Shown here piece by piece: positions 1-5,549 of a DNA stretch of 19,628 nt. The position numbers and the translations under genes are program-made. The notes beneath the pieces are model-generated. The model ran no database searches. It worked only from the letters and a program-made list of their open reading frames with translations, and had not been told where the DNA came from. Numbering within the stretch: position 1 is the first letter of the stretch; each line of letters starts with the position of its first letter. The stretch comes from Thermoplasmata archaeon (GTDB taxonomy: Archaea; Thermoplasmatota; Thermoplasmata; GCA-020350865), in assembly GCA_020348445.1 (NCBI GenBank), contig CP070751.1, positions 1,185,095 through 1,204,722 of the forward strand. Direction: 5' to 3'.

Positions 1-56
1 ATACCTTTCCCATACAATACCCTTCTGACTAGCTTTCTCCATTGTGCATCCCACAT
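1..56 (-). CDS. Possible 5' end of a divergent gene running off the left edge
   Basis: Two minus-strand ATGs (56: MWDAQWRKLVRRVLYGKG; 42: MEKASQKGIVWERY) are open to position 1. A GGTGA SD-like motif lies at 77-73. Too short to verify or to choose the frame. Confidence 0.25.
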   Translation of the reverse strand, partial: MWDAQWRKLVRRVLYGKG

Positions 57-108
57 AATGGGGAATGGCTAGTCACCTAAATTATTTTTACACAAAGCAT
101 ATAATATA

Positions 109-121
109 GGAAAATTTATAG
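109..121 (+). promoter_or_regulatory. Archaeal BRE/TATA-like promoter for the deacetylase gene
   Basis: GGAAAA-TTTATA-G about 55 nt upstream of ATG176; SD-like GGTGA at 160-164. Confidence 0.5.
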
Positions 122-175
122 TCCAAAAGCACAATTTGTGCCTAATCCATTGATGCTTTGGTGACAGTGATTAGC

Positions 176-1255
176 ATGGCCGGCAAGTACAAAACAGCGA
201 TTCTCTACAATGACGCCCATGTGGCTCACGCGCCCAAAGGAACAAGCAGTCCAGAAAATCCCGATAGACTCACAAGTATAATGCAATTTCTGTCAAAAGA
301 AACTGGAGTGTTTGATCACAACTGCTTTCTTTTAAAAGATTTTCCGCCTGCTAAGGAGGCTGAGGCGCTTTTGGTCCATGAGGGAAGATATATCGATTTT
401 ATAAAGGATTATTGTAAGCGAGGGGGTGGATTTCTCGGGGACAGCACCTATTTAACCAAGACCTCATACGAACATGCTCTCCTTGCTGTTGGAGGGGCAA
501 TAAAGGCCTCAGAACTCGTGCGAAATGGTAGATTCTTCACTTCTTTTGCTATGATCAGACCCCCCGGCCATCATGCCAGTTCAGACAGCTATGGCGGATA
601 CTGCATTCTCAACAATGCCGCAATTTTGGCTCGATACCTCCAAAAAAGAATTGGATTGGAGAAGATAATGATATTGGATTGGGACGTTCATGCCGCAGAT
701 GGAACAATGAAGATATTCTATGAAGATCCCTCGGTTCTCACGGTTTCACTCCATCAAGATCCCATAGATTTCTATCCCAACAACGGATTTATCAGGCAGA
801 TTGGAGCAAGAGAAGGTAGAGGAGCTAATATCAACATTGTATTACCAAAGACCTCAGGTGATGAGGAGTACATGATGGCCTTAAATGAGATAGTTATGCC
901 TGCGTATGAGCAATTCTCCCCTGATTTCGTCATTGGCTGCAACGGCTTTGATGCCCATTTTAGCGATCAGAACACAAACATGAGGATGACCTGCGAGGGT
1001 TATTTTCGATTGGTTAAAAATCTAAGGGAGAAAATGGGGGGAAAACTAACGATATTGATGGAAGGGGGATATACAGAGTACAACGGTAAACTAGCACATT
1101 CGATAATCGCTGCTCTTACTGGAGAGGACCAACCCTATACCCATGAAATCGATGTTCACAGCGATTCCTTATTCAAGGAGGGGAAAACCAGAACGACCTT
1201 CGAAAATAATCTAAAACAATTGAAGTTCGTACTTCTAGGATTTTACAAATTTTAA
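176..1255 (+). CDS. Zn-dependent histone deacetylase / AcuC / acetylpolyamine amidohydrolase family protein
   Basis: Motifs PENPDRL, RPPGHHA (557-577), GYCILNNAAI, ILDWDVH (Zn ligands D and H), SLHQ, GFDAH (third Zn ligand D) and MEGGY (catalytic Tyr). The ORF is open from TTG158; ATG176 is preferred because GGTGA precedes it. Confidence 0.93.
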   Translation: MAGKYKTAILYNDAHVAHAPKGTSSPENPDRLTSIMQFLSKETGVFDHNCFLLKDFPPAKEAEALLVHEGRYIDFIKDYCKRGGGFLGDSTYLTKTSYEHALLAVGGAIKASELVRNGRFFTSFAMIRPPGHHASSDSYGGYCILNNAAILARYLQKRIGLEKIMILDWDVHAADGTMKIFYEDPSVLTVSLHQDPIDFYPNNGFIRQIGAREGRGANINIVLPKTSGDEEYMMALNEIVMPAYEQFSPDFVIGCNGFDAHFSDQNTNMRMTCEGYFRLVKNLREKMGGKLTILMEGGYTEYNGKLAHSIIAALTGEDQPYTHEIDVHSDSLFKEGKTRTTFENNLKQLKFVLLGFYKF

Positions 1256-1275
1256 ATCTTGAATCGTTAGAAATG

Positions 1276-1287
1276 ACCTTTTTATTG
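1276..1287 (+). terminator. Possible oligo-T terminator after the deacetylase
   Basis: Short T-run (ccttttta tt) about 25 nt past the stop; archaeal terminators are T-tracts. Confidence 0.3.
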
Positions 1288-1404
1288 CCCAATTTCATGT
1301 ATAAATATCATCAATTAGGTAATCAGCCTTATCATTTATGGTATAATCAGTAAAATTCTCGATATATTTATGTATACTGTATCATATTCCCTTCTGGTGC
1401 GAAT

Positions 1405-1707
1405 TTGGAGATACGCAGAGAAAGGTATTGGATACACAAAGATGAAATTCTTGATGCTATGGAGATAGAGAAGGAAGGGAAGATAAAATACTACAGTTAT
1501 ACCTATAAGATCAAGGGAAAACATGGAAAATGGATTTCTGCGGTGAGATGGGACAACCTTGAGCAGTCACCCCATGTGGACACGTTCGACGAGAACAATG
1601 TTCTAATCGATCAAAAGCCATGCCGCGAGAAACCTCTTAAAGAGATTATTAAGCTTGTGGGGATATTCCGGAGGAACCTGATGGCAATGGATGTATCTGA
1701 ATTGTGA
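1405..1707 (+). CDS. Small protein resembling DUF6516 / TumE-like toxin of type II TA systems
   Basis: YYSYTY...G.WI...RWDN....PH resembles the YSY.Y...G..I.RYDN...H pattern of DUF6516. It lies directly upstream of a COG4190-type HTH gene, the usual pairing. TTG start with GGTG 5 nt upstream. Confidence 0.5.
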   Translation: MEIRRERYWIHKDEILDAMEIEKEGKIKYYSYTYKIKGKHGKWISAVRWDNLEQSPHVDTFDENNVLIDQKPCREKPLKEIIKLVGIFRRNLMAMDVSEL

Positions 1708-1731
1708 GCCTAAGGAAGTGGTGAAGGGAAG

Positions 1732-2190
1732 ATGCAAACAGAAATATTGAAATCGTACACAAATGAGCATATAATGGCAGAAAAGAACCGTTTGGAAGCA
1801 AAATACGAGTCGTTCGAGAATCTACATCAAAAATTCACGGTAGAAAAATGCCGCAATCCCGAGTTCGTGGATGATTATATGATGTGGAAGGCCTTAAATG
1901 AAGAAGAAATAAAGATAAACGAGAAAATCGTGCTAAAAAACCTTGATATTTATCAGATGATAAGCCAAAAGCGTATGGAGTTATTGGATTACCTATCCTC
2001 TCACGATACAAAATCCCTAAAAACATTGGCACAAGAGCTAAAACGTAATTATAAGAACGTCTATGATGATGTGAAAGCCTTGGAGAAGTTTGGGCTAATT
2101 GAACTGATCCATGATGGAAGAAATAAGCGACCTATTACAAAAATCATCAGCATAACAGTATTGCCAGATAAAAAGGCGGGACCTGTTTAA
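1732..2190 (+). CDS. Winged-HTH DNA-binding protein (COG4190 / HVO_A0114-like), probable antitoxin/regulator
   Basis: ISQKRMELLDYL...SLKTLAQELKRNYKNVYDDVKALEKFGLIEL..DGRNKRP is the typical LA..L.RDYKNV..DV..L...GLI.....GR.K.P signature. SD GGTGA upstream. Confidence 0.75.
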   Translation: MQTEILKSYTNEHIMAEKNRLEAKYESFENLHQKFTVEKCRNPEFVDDYMMWKALNEEEIKINEKIVLKNLDIYQMISQKRMELLDYLSSHDTKSLKTLAQELKRNYKNVYDDVKALEKFGLIELIHDGRNKRPITKIISITVLPDKKAGPV

Positions 2191-2192
2191 TT

Positions 2193-2262
2193 TTTATTTA
2201 CGAATCATACCATATACCTCCTGAAAACACACTGGCTAGGTTTATTTACGAAACATACCATA
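2193..2262 (+). repeat. Two-copy 22-nt direct repeat TTTATTTACGAA(T/A)CATACCATA, period 48 nt
   Basis: 2193-2214 tttatttacgaatcataccata vs 2241-2262 tttatttacgaaacataccata (21/22 identical), 26-nt spacer. Confidence 0.9.
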
Positions 2263-2269
2263 AATTGAT

Positions 2270-2309
2270 TTTTTGCAAAAATTAGGAATTTTATAGAAAG
2301 TTTTTTAAG
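2270..2309 (+). promoter_or_regulatory. Palindrome plus BRE/TATA-like promoter of the core operon
   Basis: Perfect 12-bp palindrome TTTTTGCAAAAA (2270-2281), then AGAAAG-TTTTTTAAG (2295-2309) about 40 nt before ATG2347; SD-like AGGTAGG at 2336-2342. Confidence 0.45.
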
Positions 2310-2346
2310 CAATAAATTTTATTTGCTACTGTATCAGGTAGGAAAC

Positions 2347-2892
2347 ATGGAGCTTCATAAGATAGAAGATGTTGATTTTAGCATCAACGAAATTATTGGG
2401 ACGGAAGATGATATCAATCTGATTTGGAAAGAGGGTGAGCTCTATCTCTCGCTGAGAAACCTTGTCTTAAAAGATAAGAAAAGATTGTATGATGTCCCTT
2501 TAAGGGAGCTAGAGAATGTCCAAGTGATCTCAGAGAATCCCACAAAATTGAAGTTTCAATTGCCTTCAGTTGAGGTGATAGTCTCAGGAAAATATGCAGA
2601 GCGCCTTCTGGCCCTAAGGCACTTTCTCATGCCACTGATTCAGCCTAAAAGGGAGGAATTGATGAAGGAGAGCTGCAACACATTGATCAAATTCTGGCAC
2701 TTGGGTGTAAGAAGTCCCGTTGCCTTGGCCACGATCATGCCCCTTACAGCAGAGGAGGTTCGAAGGCTCATTTCATCTGCTAAAGAGAATGAACTCATCG
2801 ATTTGAAAGGAAGACTAACAGATAAGGGTTATGAAAGGTTCTCACCCGAGGAGAGGAACTTGTTAAAGAGGTTGGAGGTAATTAATGGTTGA
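2347..2892 (+). CDS. Hypothetical protein: N-terminal PH/GRAM-like beta domain + C-terminal winged helix
   Basis: EGELYLSLRNLVL...YDVPLRELENVQV fits the G.L.L(S/T)..RL(I/V)....IPL..I..V pattern of PH/GRAM folds. The C-terminal EEVRRLISSAKENELID..GRLTDKG fits a wHTH recognition helix + LT.KG wing. ORF open from TTG2323; ATG2347 has the SD. Confidence 0.6.
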   Translation: MELHKIEDVDFSINEIIGTEDDINLIWKEGELYLSLRNLVLKDKKRLYDVPLRELENVQVISENPTKLKFQLPSVEVIVSGKYAERLLALRHFLMPLIQPKREELMKESCNTLIKFWHLGVRSPVALATIMPLTAEEVRRLISSAKENELIDLKGRLTDKGYERFSPEERNLLKRLEVING

Positions 2893-3784
2893 ACCCGAGG
2901 AAAAGGCAACCATACGATTTCAGAGCTTTGCCGAGGCCATATCTTCCCTAGAAAAGCTCACAAAAATCGAATCGAAAATCGCCGTTGCCATAGAAAATTC
3001 CCGTGTACCCTGGAAGGAATCGAGAAAACTGCTTAAATGTATGAATTCAGGCCAGGTATCCAATACAACCTTATTCCAATTTATGCGGGAGCTTTTTTTC
3101 CAAGTGGGATTGGGGAAACTGGAAATCTTCGATGTGGGTAGGTTCCAACTTACATTCCAAATCAAAGAATGTGAGATTATTAAATTGTATCCTTCAACCG
3201 AAAAGGGGAAGATCTGCTTTGTAACATCTGATGCCATCCTGAAATTCTTTGTAAAAGACCTCGATTTACCATGTACAGTAGAGGAGACGAAATGTATTGT
3301 TGATGGAAATGATTGCTGTGAATTTAAAGTGGAACTGCAACCCTTAGGTGTTTATAAAATAGCATTGGACGATTTAGACAGCGCGTTGATAGAAGAGCTT
3401 ATGAATTCCAAGTTCGATATGAAGAAATTCGCCGAGGAAAACTTCTTGGAGGAGGGGGAGGTTGAATATCGATTGGATGTTCTTAAAAGCTATCAGATCA
3501 TAGATTCGGATAGTCATTTAACTGAGATAGGCTCAACTTACAAAAAATTTGCTCAAGGCCTAAGAACGCTGGAGGAGGATTTCGATCCTCCATGGAAGAG
3601 TCTAGCTGAGATTACCTCTGCCATTGCAGCTAAGAACTCCTTTGCAGAGGCCATGAGAGAAACTTTAAATCCTGAGCCGTTCATAAAGGTTGACACATCA
3701 GAAATTGTGGATTTGATGGACGAGGCAAGGAAAAGTAAAAGCTTTGCCGAACTCATCTCAAAATATGTAAAACATACTGAATAG
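2885..3784 (+). CDS. V4R (4-vinyl reductase) domain protein with downstream winged-helix-like region
   Basis: GLGKLEI, C(E), C(F) and VEETKCIVDGNDCCEFKV match the V4R E..C...G...CEF signature. LDDLDSALIEEL...LKSYQIID...LTEIG is wHTH-like. Overlaps the previous gene by 8 nt. Confidence 0.82.
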   Translation: MVEPEEKATIRFQSFAEAISSLEKLTKIESKIAVAIENSRVPWKESRKLLKCMNSGQVSNTTLFQFMRELFFQVGLGKLEIFDVGRFQLTFQIKECEIIKLYPSTEKGKICFVTSDAILKFFVKDLDLPCTVEETKCIVDGNDCCEFKVELQPLGVYKIALDDLDSALIEELMNSKFDMKKFAEENFLEEGEVEYRLDVLKSYQIIDSDSHLTEIGSTYKKFAQGLRTLEEDFDPPWKSLAEITSAIAAKNSFAEAMRETLNPEPFIKVDTSEIVDLMDEARKSKSFAELISKYVKHTE

Positions 3785-3805
3785 TAAAGTATGGAGGAAT
3801 GCAAG

Positions 3806-4690
3806 ATGCCAGATAAAAACGGAAGATTGAATACCGGAATCTTCGGACTGGATCAAATTATCGAAGGGGGATTTAGAGACAAGTCTGCAATAGTATGCGT
3901 GGGCTCAAGCGGCACTGGAAAAACCACGTTTGGTATGCAGTTTTTAATGCATGGTATAGAAAAGGGAGAACAGGGATTATATGTCACCATGGAGGAATCC
4001 CCAGAACAGATAATGAGAGAAGCCGATTGGATGGGGTGGGACATGAAAAAACATTTTGAAAAGAGCCTGTTCTTCATTCATCTCAAAGGCAAGAACTTCA
4101 AGAAGATGATCGATGAGCAATTGCCCCAGTTGGTAAAGGCACGAAGCGATTATGACATAAAGACCAGAGTGGTAATCGATCCCATGACACCTGTGATTTG
4201 GGCAACTCCTGATAGACTGCTGCAAAGGGAGCTTATTGGAAAACTCTTTTACACCCTAAAAGAACTTGGTGTTGTTTTGGCTACAGTCGAGGAGCATTCA
4301 AAACCTGGTGAAACCGTTGGAGAGGATGTCCTTTTACCAATATATTTGGCAGATGGTGCAATTCACCTTGAATACTATCCCATTGGCGGTGCTTTCAACA
4401 GGACATTGAAGATCATCAAAATGAGAGGCACGAATCATGGAGAGAGCGTGTATCCGTACATATTTGCCAAGGGTTTGGGTGTAATAATAAGAACAACTCC
4501 GATAGAGATTATAAAGGAAGAGGCCAAGAACTACGATGCCGTTTTCGATAAAGCCATCAAGACCGCAAAGGATTTGAAAGCATCCGATTCCATGATAAAG
4601 CAACTACAGACCACAAAGGCGAGTTGGTCATACGATTACTCGCCCGAGGAAATACTGCAGATATTGTTTGACTCACTGAAGTTGAAATGA
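3806..4690 (+). CDS. Single-domain KaiC / RAD55-family ATPase
   Basis: TGIFGLDQII.GG, Walker A GSSGTGKT, VTMEES (KaiC catalytic EE), Walker B VVID, LADGAIHL and R..IIKMRGT.H. GGAGG at 3793-3797 supports ATG3806 over ATG3791. Confidence 0.93.
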   Translation: MPDKNGRLNTGIFGLDQIIEGGFRDKSAIVCVGSSGTGKTTFGMQFLMHGIEKGEQGLYVTMEESPEQIMREADWMGWDMKKHFEKSLFFIHLKGKNFKKMIDEQLPQLVKARSDYDIKTRVVIDPMTPVIWATPDRLLQRELIGKLFYTLKELGVVLATVEEHSKPGETVGEDVLLPIYLADGAIHLEYYPIGGAFNRTLKIIKMRGTNHGESVYPYIFAKGLGVIIRTTPIEIIKEEAKNYDAVFDKAIKTAKDLKASDSMIKQLQTTKASWSYDYSPEEILQILFDSLKLK

Positions 4691-4753
4691 TAATTCGAGG
4701 TTGATATAAAATCCTACTGTTAACATACTTTGAAGAAACAAGGGGGAAAAAAG

Positions 4754-5539
4754 GTGGTTAAGAAGATCGACAAAACCCTAGAAGCTGAAAACATCACCTT
4801 ATTGAAGCATCTGCTTAGCATAGAGTTGAGGAGGCTCTGTAAAGAGAACAATATAGATATGGTTTTCTTCATGGGTATTGACGGGAGAATATTCTCATCT
4901 CATATCCCAGAACAGCTAACACCCTTGCAGTATCACCTTATGAACCTAATCAAATTTAATCTAAAACATATCTGTTTGCAACTTCAATCAGAGAATCTGA
5001 AAGTGTCGATCCAGCAGTTTAAGGAAGGCACTATCATGATATCGGGAGTGGGTGATAACGCCTTTTTGGTATCTATAATCGGAAAAAATGTGGAGGTATC
5101 TCAAATCCAGGATACCATCGGCGCGGTTTCGGTTGCAAGCGCAGTTTTAAAGCATATACTGGAGGTAAAACCCATCAACGATGAAGTTATGGCCGATTAT
5201 CCTCCCGAAGTTTCAGGTGAGCTGAAGAAATTGAGCAGATTACTCTTCAAAGAGCAATTCGCGCAAACCAGAGAGTACAAAAAGAACATAGAGATATTGA
5301 ATTTCCTAAAGGACAAGATCCAAAGCGTCGTGGGTATAGGCGTTGTGGACGAGATCATTACCATGGTCTTTAACGAACTGGGCACTGCTCCTGCTTATAT
5401 GAATGATAATCAATGGAGAATGTTCATAGACAAGGTTATAAAAGAGCGCATTTCTGAGATGAGGGGGGACATCGTTGCTGAGGAATGCCTAAAGACCTGG
5501 GTCCCTGAGATGGAGAAGAAGTTAAAGTCCTTTGTGTGA
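4754..5539 (+). CDS. Roadblock/LC7 (MglB-like) domain protein fused to a C-terminal helical domain
   Basis: L..L......MVFFMGIDGRIFSS...long helix...IQQFKEGTIMISGVGDNAFLVSI is the roadblock helix-b-b-helix-b-b-b pattern; the last ~110 aa are helical. The start could be TTG4730; GTG4754 follows a purine-rich GGGGG. Confidence 0.75.
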   Translation: MVKKIDKTLEAENITLLKHLLSIELRRLCKENNIDMVFFMGIDGRIFSSHIPEQLTPLQYHLMNLIKFNLKHICLQLQSENLKVSIQQFKEGTIMISGVGDNAFLVSIIGKNVEVSQIQDTIGAVSVASAVLKHILEVKPINDEVMADYPPEVSGELKKLSRLLFKEQFAQTREYKKNIEILNFLKDKIQSVVGIGVVDEIITMVFNELGTAPAYMNDNQWRMFIDKVIKERISEMRGDIVAEECLKTWVPEMEKKLKSFV

Positions 5540-5549
5540 GGCGGAATTT

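Noticed and set aside
1336-2032. Short minus-strand ORFs 1336-1524 and 1835-2032
   Set aside because: They overlap better-supported plus-strand genes and have no motifs or RBS.
2193-2262. Direct repeat as a mini-CRISPR array
   Set aside because: Only two copies, 22 nt, no third unit, no cas genes or leader; kept as a regulatory repeat.
3806-4690. Circadian clock (kaiC) or recombinase (RadA/RadB) call
   Set aside because: Single domain, no S/T phosphosites, no KaiA/KaiB; the EE and KMRG motifs point to KaiC/RAD55 rather than RadA.
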